From an uncultured Sphingopyxis sp. (GTDB lineage Bacteria; Pseudomonadota; Alphaproteobacteria; Sphingomonadales; Sphingomonadaceae): a DNA stretch of 64,000 nt. Both the position numbers and the translations under genes were made by a program. The number at the start of each line of letters is the position of its first letter. Position 1 is the stretch's first letter. The notes under the pieces were generated by a model. The model ran no database searches and was not told the origin of the DNA. It saw nothing but the letters and a program-made list of their open reading frames with translations. The stretch is from positions 2,496 through 66,495 of the forward strand of contig CBINGC010000015.1 of assembly GCA_966250105.1 (NCBI GenBank), read 5' to 3'. Below, in pieces: positions 8,998-17,339 of the stretch.

Positions 8998-10835
8998 TCA
9001 ACTCCCTCCTCATCGCCAATCGCGGCGAAATCGCCTGCCGTATCATCCGCACTGCGCGCGAGATGGGCATAAGAACCGTTGCGGTCTATTCGGACGCCGA
9101 CGCCAAGGCGCTGCATGTGCGCGAGGCCGACGCGGCCGTGCATATCGGGCCTTCGCCGGCGCGCGAATCCTATCTGATCGGCGAGAAGATCATCGCCGCC
9201 GCGAAAGCGACTGGCGCCGAGGCGATCCATCCGGGCTATGGCTTCCTCTCCGAAAATGCCGAGTTCGCGCAGGCGGTCGCCGATGCGGGCCTCGTGTGGG
9301 TCGGCCCGAAGCCTTCGTCGATCACCGCCATGGGGCTGAAGGATGCCGCAAAGAAGTTGATGGCCGATGCCGGGGTGCCGGTGACGCCCGGCTATATGGG
9401 CGAAAATCAGAACCCCGCTTTCCTCGCCGAACAGGCGGCCGAAATCGGCTACCCCGTGCTGATCAAGGCGGTGGCGGGCGGCGGCGGCAAGGGGATGCGC
9501 AAGGTGGATACCGCGGCGGATTTCATCGACGCGCTCGCCTCATGCCAGCGCGAGGCAGCGGCATCGTTCGGCAATGATCATGTGCTGATCGAGAAATATA
9601 TCCTGACCCCGCGCCATATCGAAGTGCAGGTGTTCGGCGACACGCACGGCAATGTCGTCCATCTGTTCGAGCGCGACTGCTCACTTCAGCGGCGGCATCA
9701 GAAGGTCATCGAGGAGGCCCCCGCCCCCGGCATGGACGAAGCGACGCGCGCCGACCTCTGCGCCGCCGCGGTGCGCGCCGCAAAGGCGGTCGACTATGTC
9801 GGCGCGGGAACGATCGAGTTCATCGCCGACGGGTCGGAGGGCCTCCGCGCCGATCGCATCTGGTTCATGGAAATGAACACGCGGCTGCAGGTCGAGCATC
9901 CGGTGACGGAGGAAATCACCGGCGTCGATCTCGTCGAATGGCAGCTGCGCGTTGCCTCCGGCGAGCCGATTCCGCTCGCGCAGGAAGAACTCGCGATCAA
10001 CGGCTGGGCGATGGAGGCGCGGCTTTACGCGGAAGACCCGGCAAAAGGCTTCCTGCCCTCGATCGGCACGCTCGAACTCTTCCAACTCGCCGAGCATAGC
10101 GGCCGCGTCGACACCGGCGTCTATGAAGGCGCCGAAGTGTCGCCCTTCTATGACCCGATGATCGCCAAGGTCATCGCTTGGGGCGAGGACCGCGAGGAAG
10201 CGCGCGAACTTCTGTCGGAGATGCTGGAGGACAGCGCGATCTGGCCGGTGAGGACCAACTCGGCCTTTCTGATCAATGCGCTCGATCATCCCGATTTCGT
10301 GGCGGGTACGGTCGATACCGGCCTCATCGGCCGCGACGGCGACGCCATGGCCGAGGAGGCGGTGCCGACCACGCAGGCGCTGACGAACGCCGCAATGGCG
10401 ATGGTGCCGCGCGCGTTGCAAGCGGGCTTCCGCCTCAACGCGCCCGACGTGCGCAGCGCGCCCTTCCTGCTCGACGGCAAGCGCGTCGAGGTCGAACTCC
10501 ACGGCCCCGGCGCCGAGGAACCCGCGCCCGCGATGCTCGTCGCCGAGAATGGTTCGGTGTGGCAGCTTGCGCCGTGGCGCGCCGACGCGAGCGCCGGCGG
10601 CGCGGCGGGCGACGGCGCTATCCTCTCGCCGATGCCCGGCAAGGTGATCGCGGTCGATGTCGCTGCGGGCGACAAAGTGACCAAGGGGCAGAAATTGCTC
10701 ACGCTCGAAGCGATGAAGATGGAGCATAGCCTGACCGCGCCGTTCGACGGCATCGTCGCCGAACTCAATGCGACCGCGGGCGCGCAGGTGCAGGTCGAAG
10801 CGCTGCTCGCGCGGATCGAGAAGGAAGACGCATAA
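8994..10835 (+). CDS. mccA: 3-methylcrotonyl-CoA carboxylase alpha subunit (biotin carboxylase + biotinyl carrier domain)
   Basis: [26 protein letters not shown] biotin-carboxylase N-terminus, ATP-grasp core, and the C-terminal biotinylation motif EAMKMEH. The start is the ATG at 8994 (residue 18 of track ORF 8943..10835). Confidence 0.93.
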   Translation: MINSLLIANRGEIACRIIRTAREMGIRTVAVYSDADAKALHVREADAAVHIGPSPARESYLIGEKIIAAAKATGAEAIHPGYGFLSENAEFAQAVADAGLVWVGPKPSSITAMGLKDAAKKLMADAGVPVTPGYMGENQNPAFLAEQAAEIGYPVLIKAVAGGGGKGMRKVDTAADFIDALASCQREAAASFGNDHVLIEKYILTPRHIEVQVFGDTHGNVVHLFERDCSLQRRHQKVIEEAPAPGMDEATRADLCAAAVRAAKAVDYVGAGTIEFIADGSEGLRADRIWFMEMNTRLQVEHPVTEEITGVDLVEWQLRVASGEPIPLAQEELAINGWAMEARLYAEDPAKGFLPSIGTLELFQLAEHSGRVDTGVYEGAEVSPFYDPMIAKVIAWGEDREEARELLSEMLEDSAIWPVRTNSAFLINALDHPDFVAGTVDTGLIGRDGDAMAEEAVPTTQALTNAAMAMVPRALQAGFRLNAPDVRSAPFLLDGKRVEVELHGPGAEEPAPAMLVAENGSVWQLAPWRADASAGGAAGDGAILSPMPGKVIAVDVAAGDKVTKGQKLLTLEAMKMEHSLTAPFDGIVAELNATAGAQVQVEALLARIEKEDA

Positions 10836-11287
10836 TGGCCGGCAAATATTTCGACGAGTGGGCGATCGGCGACACGCTGACCCACGAAATCCGCCGCACC
10901 GTCACAGAAACCGACAATCTGCTGTTCACGACGATGACGCACAATCCGCAGCCGCTCCACCTCGATGTCGAGGCGGCGAAGGCGTCGGAGTTCGGCCAGA
11001 TCCTCGTCAACGGCACTTTCACCTTCAGCCTGATGGTCGGGCTGTCGGTCGGCGACACGACGCTCGGCACGCTCGTCGCGAACCTCGGCTATGACAAGCT
11101 CGTCATGCCCAAGCCGGTGTTCATAGGCGACACGCTTCGGGCCGAATCCGAGGTCGTTGGTCTCAAGGAGTCCAAATCGCGGCCGAATGCGGGTATCGTG
11201 ACCTTCCTGCACCGTTGCCTCAACCAGCGCGATGAAGTCGTCTGTCAGTGCGAACGCTCGGCTTTGATCAAGAAAACTGCACAATAA
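10835..11287 (+). CDS. MaoC-like (R-specific hot-dog fold) enoyl-CoA hydratase/dehydratase
   Basis: 150-aa single hot-dog protein ([45 protein letters not shown]). Its ATG overlaps the mccA stop (TAATG). Confidence 0.82.
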   Translation: MAGKYFDEWAIGDTLTHEIRRTVTETDNLLFTTMTHNPQPLHLDVEAAKASEFGQILVNGTFTFSLMVGLSVGDTTLGTLVANLGYDKLVMPKPVFIGDTLRAESEVVGLKESKSRPNAGIVTFLHRCLNQRDEVVCQCERSALIKKTAQ

Positions 11288-11288
11288 A

Positions 11289-11373
11289 CCGTTTGTGCTG
11301 AGCTTGTCGAAGCACCGTCCTGTCTTTGCGGCCACGAAAGAAGAACAGCCCTTCGACAAGCTCAGGGCGAACG
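11289..11373. repeat. ~85-bp palindromic repeat element, family A, copy 1 (intergenic)
   Basis: ccgtttgtgCTGAGCTTGTCGAAGcaccg...gcCCTTCGACAAGCTCAGggcgaacg carries perfect 15-bp terminal inverted repeats. The ends are near-identical to the reverse complement of the copy at 16691..16780. Confidence 0.85.
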
Positions 11374-11387
11374 AGTAGGAAAGATTG

Positions 11388-12239
11388 ATGCGCCTCCGCT
11401 CCCTCCTCTTCGTTCCCGGCGACCGGCCCGAACGCTTCGCCAAGGCCGCGGCGTCGGGCGCAGACGCGATCATCCTCGATCTCGAGGATTCGGTTGCGCT
11501 CGCGAACAAGGAAGCGGCGCGCAGCGCGGTCGCCGACTATCTTTCGGGCGAGCGGGAGGTCATCACGCTGGTGCGCGTCAACCCGCTCGACGGCCATTTG
11601 ACCGCGGCCGACATCGCCGCGATCTCTGCGGCCCGCCCCGACGCGATCATGTTGCCCAAGGCGGAAGGCGCGCCGAGCATCCTGCAACTCGACACCATCC
11701 TGCGCAGCGAATCCGTTCAGGGCGCCTCGCTGCCCGCGATCCTGCCCATCGCGACCGAAACGCCCGCCGCAATCTTCACGCTCGGCAGCTACCGCGAAGT
11801 GAAGGATCGCCTGCTCGGTCTGACCTGGGGCGCCGAGGACCTGCCCGCCGCGATCGGCGCGACGACCAGCCGGCACGACGACGGCAGTTACACCGCGCCC
11901 TATGAAATCGCGCGCACGCTGACCCTGTTCGCGGCGCACGGCGCGAACACCGCCGCGATCGATACCGTGTTTCCCGCGATCAAGGACGAGGCCGGCCTTG
12001 CCGCTTATGCCGCCCGCGCGCGGCGCGACGGCTTTACCGGGATGATGGCGATCCACCCCTCACAGGTCGGCCCGATCAATGCGGCCTTCACGCCCTCGAC
12101 CGAAGAGGTGGCGCGCGCGCAGGCGATCGTCGATGCATTCGCGGCCAACCCCGGGGTCGGCGTGCTCCAAGTCGATGGCAAGATGGTCGACGCGCCGCAC
12201 CTCAAGCAAGCGCATCATATATTGTCGCTGGCGGATTGA
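11388..12239 (+). CDS. CitE / HpcH-HpaI family beta-hydroxyacyl-CoA lyase-like protein
   Basis: MRLRSLLFVPGDRPERFAKAAASGADAIILDLEDSV...ILPIATETPAAI...GMMAIHPSQV is the typical citrate-lyase-beta / malyl-CoA-lyase-like signature. ATG at 11388; the track start at 11385 is a TTG. Confidence 0.85.
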   Translation: MRLRSLLFVPGDRPERFAKAAASGADAIILDLEDSVALANKEAARSAVADYLSGEREVITLVRVNPLDGHLTAADIAAISAARPDAIMLPKAEGAPSILQLDTILRSESVQGASLPAILPIATETPAAIFTLGSYREVKDRLLGLTWGAEDLPAAIGATTSRHDDGSYTAPYEIARTLTLFAAHGANTAAIDTVFPAIKDEAGLAAYAARARRDGFTGMMAIHPSQVGPINAAFTPSTEEVARAQAIVDAFAANPGVGVLQVDGKMVDAPHLKQAHHILSLAD

Positions 12240-12256
12240 TCGCGCGGCCTTCCGGA

Positions 12257-13741
12257 TTATCGAAACGGCCGCCGCCGCTTCATCCATGCCCTGCCGCGAT
12301 GCCAACTCTTCCTGAGGCCGCGCTCGGTCAGGCTTTCGAACATCTCGTCGGGGCTCGTCGGATCTAGCAGTTCATTATCGGCGATAAATTCGTCGAACGG
12401 CCCCGGCTTGGTGAGATCGAGTAGTTCGAGCGAGCGCCCCTCCCCGCGAAGCCCCTCGATCGTCGCGATCAGCGACCCCACCTCATCGAACCGGCGGCCG
12501 ACCTCGGCCGGATCGACGTCCAGATGCTCCGCGATCAGCGATTCGCGCAGGCGCCGGATCACCGGCTCCACCCCCGCGTTCGCGGGCAAGGCGGCGTCGA
12601 TCGTCACGTCGCATTCGCTGTCGAGCCCCATCGAGCGGTTGTTCATATTCGCGGAGCCGACGCGGATCATCCGGTCGTCGACCACCGCGGTCTTGGCATG
12701 AACATAGATGGGCTCGCCCTTCGCCGTCCGCGGATAATAGACCTTCAGCCGGTCGCCATGCTTCGCCTTCGCGATTTCGCGGACGAGCTGCACGCGCGCG
12801 GCGTCCATCGCCATCTGCTCGAGCCAGCCGTCGGCGGTCTCGGGCATCACCATCACGAATTCGGGCGGATCATCCTCGCCCAATCGCTCGGCGATCGCGG
12901 CGGCGATCTTGCCGCAGGTAAAATATTGATTCTCGAAATAGATGAAGCGCTTCGCCGCCGCGATCATGTCGAGATAGAGCTGTTCGATCTCGCGAACTTC
13001 CTCGCAGCCGTCATATTCGGCGCGCGTGCGCGAGATGGCGACATCGACGCCCTCGAAATCGGGCTCCAGATCGCCCGGCCAATTCTCGCCCTTGCCCTGC
13101 AAATCGCGCAGTTCATTTTTCGTCGCGCGCTGCCAGCGCTCGTTGCCGAGGTCGGCGAGCGCATTACCCACCCGCCCGGCAAGAATCATCGTGCTGTCGT
13201 GCCAGGGCATATAGGGCTTGCCGCCGGGCGCGGTGCGGTGCGGGTCGCCGTCCTTGTGATCGCGCGTATCCCAGCGACGCGCGCCGACGTCGATCCCGCC
13301 GCACACGGCAAGATGGTCGTCGAATATCGCGACCTTCTGGTGATGGCTGCACCCGACGGGATGCGCGCTGTCGAGCCGGAAGCTGATCGAGCGCGTCAGT
13401 TTCCAGCGCGCGACCATCCAAAGGATGCGCGGCACCGCGAACTGCTTGAGCCCTCCGAAATTCCAGCGCAAAATATCGATGTCGCGGTCGGGCTTTTCAT
13501 GCGCGAGCCGCAGCAGATACTCGCCAAGCGGTTCGCCCTTTCCGTCCTTGTCCGGCTTCAGCGCGATGCGCGGGTCGAAATCCCAACCGATGAGCAGGAT
13601 GCGCTCCTTCGCGTCGGCCATCAGCCGTTCGAGCAGCGCGTAATAATCGGCGGCATCGACGATCATTCGCGCCTTGTCGGCGCGTTCGATCCGCCAGCAA
13701 TTGCGGCCTTCGACGACTATCGGTGCCAATTCACTCCCCAT
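12257..13741 (-). CDS. Phospholipase D superfamily protein with two HKD motifs
   Basis: Two HxKxxxxD motifs: HHQKVAIFDD and VHAKTAVVDDRMIRVGSANMNNRS. The first ATG is at 13741 (MGSELAPIVVEGRNCWRIE); the track start at 13783 is a TTG only 3 nt from the upstream stop. Confidence 0.85.
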   Translation of the reverse strand: MGSELAPIVVEGRNCWRIERADKARMIVDAADYYALLERLMADAKERILLIGWDFDPRIALKPDKDGKGEPLGEYLLRLAHEKPDRDIDILRWNFGGLKQFAVPRILWMVARWKLTRSISFRLDSAHPVGCSHHQKVAIFDDHLAVCGGIDVGARRWDTRDHKDGDPHRTAPGGKPYMPWHDSTMILAGRVGNALADLGNERWQRATKNELRDLQGKGENWPGDLEPDFEGVDVAISRTRAEYDGCEEVREIEQLYLDMIAAAKRFIYFENQYFTCGKIAAAIAERLGEDDPPEFVMVMPETADGWLEQMAMDAARVQLVREIAKAKHGDRLKVYYPRTAKGEPIYVHAKTAVVDDRMIRVGSANMNNRSMGLDSECDVTIDAALPANAGVEPVIRRLRESLIAEHLDVDPAEVGRRFDEVGSLIATIEGLRGEGRSLELLDLTKPGPFDEFIADNELLDPTSPDEMFESLTERGLRKSWHRGRAWMKRRRPFR

Positions 13742-13786
13742 CGCCGCCACCACGCATGATGGCAGCGATGGTTGCAAGCCCAATGT

Positions 13787-15589
13787 TCAGGCGGCGGCGA
13801 ACTGTTCGGGGGTCAGCGCCATCATCGCCTCGCTGCCCGCCTCGATCTTGCGGCGGAGCGAGCCCGCATCGGGCAGGAAGCGTTCGCCGAAATAGCGCGC
13901 GGTGACGAGCTTGGCGTCGAGGAACGCCTTGTTCCCGCGACCTTCGGCAAGCGCCTTGCCGGCCGCCTCGGCCATCATCAGCCACATCGAACCCAGCGCG
14001 ACGATCCCCAGGATGTGCATATAATGGTGCGCGCCGGCGCCGACATTGTTGGGATTCGCCATGCCGTTCTGCATGAACCACATCGTCGCGGCCTTGAGTT
14101 CGCCATTCGCCTTTTCGAGCCGGCCCGCGAAATCGGCGAGCGCCTCATTGTCCTTCGCGCGGGCGCATTCCTCGTCGACGATCGCAAAGAAGGCTTGAAT
14201 CGCGCGGCCGCCATTCTGTGCGAGCTTGCGGCCGACGAGGTCCATCGCCTGCACGCCGTTCGCGCCTTCGTAGATCATCGTGATGCGGGCATCGCGGACA
14301 TATTGGCTCATGCCCTGTTCCTCGATGTAGCCGTGGCCGCCGAACACCTGCTGCGCGTTGGTCGCGACTTCATAGCCCTTGTCGGTGCCGAAGCCCTTGA
14401 TGACAGGCGTGAGCAGGCTGACGAGGTCGTCGGCGCGCTGGCGCTCCTCTTCGGTCTCGGCGAGATGCGCCAGGTCGACCTGAAGAGCGCCCCAGGTGCA
14501 CAGCGCGCGGAGGCCCTCGACGGTCGCCTTGCCATCCATCAGCATCCGGCGCACGTCGGGGTGGACGAACAGCGGATCGGCCTTTTCCTGCGGGTCCTTC
14601 GGCCCGGTGAGCGCGCGGCCCTGACGGCGATCCTGCGCATATTGGACCGCGTTCTGATACGCGACATCGGCCTGCCCCAGCCCCTGGATGCCGACGCCGA
14701 GGCGCGCGGCGTTCATCATCACGAACATCGCGGCGAGGCCCTTATTCTCCTCGCCGACCATCCAGCCCTTCGCGCCGTCATAGTTCATCACGCAGGTCGA
14801 ATTCGCATGGATACCCATCTTGTGCTCGATCGATCCGCACGAGAGCGTATTACGATCACCCAGGGAGCCGTCGTCGTTGACGATGAACTTGGGCACGATG
14901 AACAGCGAGATGCCCTTGACGCTGTCGGGCGCGTCGGGGGTCTTCGCCAGCACGAGATGGATGATATTCTCGGTCAGGTCATGCTCGCCCGACGAGATGA
15001 AGATTTTCGTGCCCGTGACCGCATAGCTGCCGTCGACATTCGGCACCGCGCGGGTACGGATGAGACCGAGGTCGGTGCCGCAATGCGGCTCGGTCAGGTT
15101 CATCGTCCCGCCCCAGTCGCCCGCGATCATCCTGGGAACATAAGTCGCCTTCTGCTCGTCCGAGCCCTTGACGAGGATCGCGGCGGTCGCGCCCTGCGTC
15201 AGCCCCGGATACATGGCGAACGCCTGATTGGCGGCATTGCGATATTCCTCGACCGGGAAACCGATCACGTGCGGCAGCCCCTGCCCGCCGAACTCCTCGG
15301 GCGCGGTCAGCAGGCCCCAGCCGGCTTCCGAATAGGCCTTATACGCCTCCTTGAAACCCTTCGGCGTCGTCACCGATCCGTCCTCGTGGCGCGTGCAACC
15401 TTCGAGGTCGCCCGACTGGTTGATCGGAAACAGGACTTCCTCGCAGAATTTGCCCGCCTCGGTCAGCACTGCCTCGACCATGTCGGGGGTCGCATTGGCG
15501 AAGCCGGGCAGGTTCGCATAACGCTCGATCCCGAGCACATCGTTGAGGAGGAAAAGCGTGTCCTGCACGGGAGCGCGATAGACGGGCAT
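13787..15589 (-). CDS. Long-form (~600 aa) acyl-CoA dehydrogenase
   Basis: [30 protein letters not shown]...[22 protein letters not shown]...[16 protein letters not shown] matches the ACAD N/M/C domains plus the C-terminal extension typical of this subfamily. Confidence 0.9.
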   Translation of the reverse strand: MPVYRAPVQDTLFLLNDVLGIERYANLPGFANATPDMVEAVLTEAGKFCEEVLFPINQSGDLEGCTRHEDGSVTTPKGFKEAYKAYSEAGWGLLTAPEEFGGQGLPHVIGFPVEEYRNAANQAFAMYPGLTQGATAAILVKGSDEQKATYVPRMIAGDWGGTMNLTEPHCGTDLGLIRTRAVPNVDGSYAVTGTKIFISSGEHDLTENIIHLVLAKTPDAPDSVKGISLFIVPKFIVNDDGSLGDRNTLSCGSIEHKMGIHANSTCVMNYDGAKGWMVGEENKGLAAMFVMMNAARLGVGIQGLGQADVAYQNAVQYAQDRRQGRALTGPKDPQEKADPLFVHPDVRRMLMDGKATVEGLRALCTWGALQVDLAHLAETEEERQRADDLVSLLTPVIKGFGTDKGYEVATNAQQVFGGHGYIEEQGMSQYVRDARITMIYEGANGVQAMDLVGRKLAQNGGRAIQAFFAIVDEECARAKDNEALADFAGRLEKANGELKAATMWFMQNGMANPNNVGAGAHHYMHILGIVALGSMWLMMAEAAGKALAEGRGNKAFLDAKLVTARYFGERFLPDAGSLRRKIEAGSEAMMALTPEQFAAA

Positions 15590-15658
15590 GAGAAATCCTT
15601 CTGAAAAGCAGTTCGATGTCGGCTTGCCTGGGGAGGCTAGGATGAGCAGCCGGGCGGC

Positions 15659-16081
15659 CTAGCGGCCCGCGTCGACTTTCTTCACCATATCGATGAAGCG
15701 TGACAGCTCATCTACAGCAGAGTCAATATCGTCGCGCTGACGGCGAAGCAGCGCGATACGCTCCTCGCATTTTTCGACCGTGACCTGCCGCTGCAATTTG
15801 CGGCCGTCGCCGACGTCGTAAAGGTCGATCATCTCGCGAATGTCAGCGAGGCTGAACCCCGTGCGCTTTGCGCGCAGGATCCACGCGAGCCGCGCGCGAT
15901 CACGCTTCGAATAGATGCGCGACAGCCCCTTGCGCGACGGGCTGATGAGCCCTTCATCCTCATAGAAACGCAGCGCACGCGCCGTGACCCCGAACTCGGT
16001 CGACAAGTCGGTGATGCTGAATTGCTCGCGCCCCAGATGATCGGGCGTATCGATATGGGCGTGGCCGTAGGGTTCGGTCAT
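15659..16081 (-). CDS. MerR-family transcriptional regulator (LiuR-like)
   Basis: HTH sequence FSITDLSTEFGVTARALRFYEDEGLISPSRKGLSRIYSKRDRARLAWILRAKRTGFSLADIREMI. The start is placed at the ATG at 16081 (MTEPYGH) because the track start at 16117 would lie inside the palindromic operator. Confidence 0.85.
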   Translation of the reverse strand: MTEPYGHAHIDTPDHLGREQFSITDLSTEFGVTARALRFYEDEGLISPSRKGLSRIYSKRDRARLAWILRAKRTGFSLADIREMIDLYDVGDGRKLQRQVTVEKCEERIALLRRQRDDIDSAVDELSRFIDMVKKVDAGR

Positions 16082-16101
16082 GCCGGTGAAACTAGTTTCC
16101 G

Positions 16102-16117
16102 TTGACGTGAACGTCAA
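16102..16117 (-). promoter_or_regulatory. Perfect dyad TTGACGT-GA-ACGTCAA, a candidate MerR/LiuR operator
   Basis: The 7+7 half-sites are exact reverse complements and lie 21 nt upstream of the MerR-family gene start. Confidence 0.5.
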
Positions 16118-16147
16118 TAGCGCCGGATCGAGCGATTTCGGGGCAGG

Positions 16148-16816
16148 TCACCCCGCGCAAGGACGCACTATATTGCCGCTTTGATCGGCAATCCGCAAGT
16201 CCTGCGCATCATCGACCGACCAGCTCGCGCGCGGCAGGCGCAAACCCGAAAGCGAGGCGCGGTTGGGGCAGAGGTGCGCGCACTGCGGCGGCAGACGTCC
16301 CGGCAGGCGCAATTCATCCTCTTCCTCGTGCACCAGCGCCTCGCAGCCCTCCGCACCCGCAAAACGCATCCGCCACTTGTCGCCCTCACGCACCATCGTT
16401 CCGGTCGCGAGGCACGACAGCGTCGTTCCGAAGGAAGCGGTGATCGCGAAGCGCCATTTCCCAGCCTCGTCGGGAACGACGCACATCGCGTCGCGGCCGA
16501 GGTCGTGCCTGCGTTCGAACACCCCGACCGGCGAGCCCGCTTCCGCGCGAACGACACCGCGCTCGCGCGCCGCGACCTCGAGCGGATTGCTTGCATCGAT
16601 CCCCTTCGCCTCGGGTTCTGGCCGCTCGCACCCCGCGAGCAATGGCGAAATGACGAGTGCGACGGCGGGCAGCCATGCGACCGATATAGTCCGTTCGCCC
16701 TGAGCTTGTCGAAGGGCCGTCCTTTCTTCTCTCAACGCCGGAAAAGAAGTGCGGTGCTTCGACAAGCTCAGCACGAACGGAAGGAGAAGTGGCGTCAAGG
16801 CGCTAATCTTGCGCAT
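16148..16816 (-). CDS. Hypothetical lipoprotein whose signal-peptide coding region carries an in-frame 90-bp repeat insertion
   Basis: The ATG at 16816 gives [12 protein letters not shown] + 30 repeat-encoded residues ([30 protein letters not shown]) + [21 protein letters not shown] (lipobox). No in-frame ATG, GTG or TTG exists between the repeat and the lipobox. The mature part has 6 Cys, and I recognise no family. Confidence 0.55.
   Translation of the reverse strand: MRKISALTPLLLPFVLSLSKHRTSFPALREERTALRQAQGERTISVAWLPAVALVISPLLAGCERPEPEAKGIDASNPLEVAARERGVVRAEAGSPVGVFERRHDLGRDAMCVVPDEAGKWRFAITASFGTTLSCLATGTMVREGDKWRMRFAGAEGCEALVHEEEDELRLPGRLPPQCAHLCPNRASLSGLRLPRASWSVDDAQDLRIADQSGNIVRPCAG
16691..16780. 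repeat. 90-bp palindromic repeat element, family A, copy 2 (inverted relative to copy 1; inside a CDS)
   Basis: ccgttcgccCTGAGCTTGTCGAAGggccg...gtgCTTCGACAAGCTCAGcacgaacgg has the same 15-bp inverted repeats as copy 1. Confidence 0.85.
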
Positions 16817-17183
16817 CGTCCGCCAAAAAGGTCAGCGCGCCGTCGGCCTCAACGCGGCGATAGAAGCAGGACCGCCGCCCGGTGTGGCACGCGGGGCCCG
16901 CCGGCCGCACGCGCAGGAGCAGCGCATCCTGATCGCAGTCGACGCGCATCTCGACCAAAGTCAGCCCGTTGCCTGACGTTTCGCCCTTGCGCCACAGCGA
17001 AGCGCGCGAGCGCGACCAGAAATGCGCCTGCCCGGTTTCGCGCGTCCTTGCGATCGCCTCTTCGTTCATATGGGCGACCATCAGCAGGACATGGCTGTCG
17101 GCGTCGATGACGATCGCGGTCACCAGTCCCGCGGCATCGAAACGCGGAAGAAATCGGTCGGTCGTGTCGCGCTGATCATCCAT
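16803..17183 (-). CDS. hisI: Phosphoribosyl-AMP cyclohydrolase
   Basis: [109 protein letters not shown]. Only the last 126 codons of track ORF 16803..19187 are real. Confidence 0.9.
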   Translation of the reverse strand: MDDQRDTTDRFLPRFDAAGLVTAIVIDADSHVLLMVAHMNEEAIARTRETGQAHFWSRSRASLWRKGETSGNGLTLVEMRVDCDQDALLLRVRPAGPACHTGRRSCFYRRVEADGALTFLADDAQD

Positions 17184-17339
17184 GAAGTGCGCTCTAGAAC
17201 AGGATCGAAGCCGCTGCCACCCCGCCCGTCGCACCCCATGTGACAATATCGTGATTAGGGGGGCGACATTTGCGATTCCCGTCCCTATATGCGCCGCAGT
17301 CACTGCCCCCCTGCCCCTGGCCCCTGCCCCTGGAATGAC

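Noticed and set aside
12257-13741. The PLD/HKD protein as a nuclease-type phage-defence gene.
   Set aside because: It has two HKD motifs in one ~500-aa chain (the phospholipase or cardiolipin-synthase architecture) and lies in an apparent operon with an acyl-CoA dehydrogenase and a metabolic regulator. There are no neighbouring defence-type genes.
13772-15604. Long +strand ORFs opposite the acyl-CoA dehydrogenase. The same pattern occurs at 7032..8423, 9681..10727, 36085..37854, 40338..41705, 57287..58891, 45815..47215 and 47203..48075.
   Set aside because: All are antisense or out of frame relative to strongly recognisable genes. They have an Arg/Gly/Asp/His-rich composition and no motifs, so they are high-GC shadow ORFs.
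17303-17333. The quasi-repeat CTGCCCCCCTGCCCCTGGCCCCTGCCCCTGG just upstream of the purF start.
   Set aside because: It is a short low-complexity C-rich run with no clear unit or dyad symmetry. It lies within the discarded N-terminal extension of the track ORF and is probably just 5'-UTR sequence.
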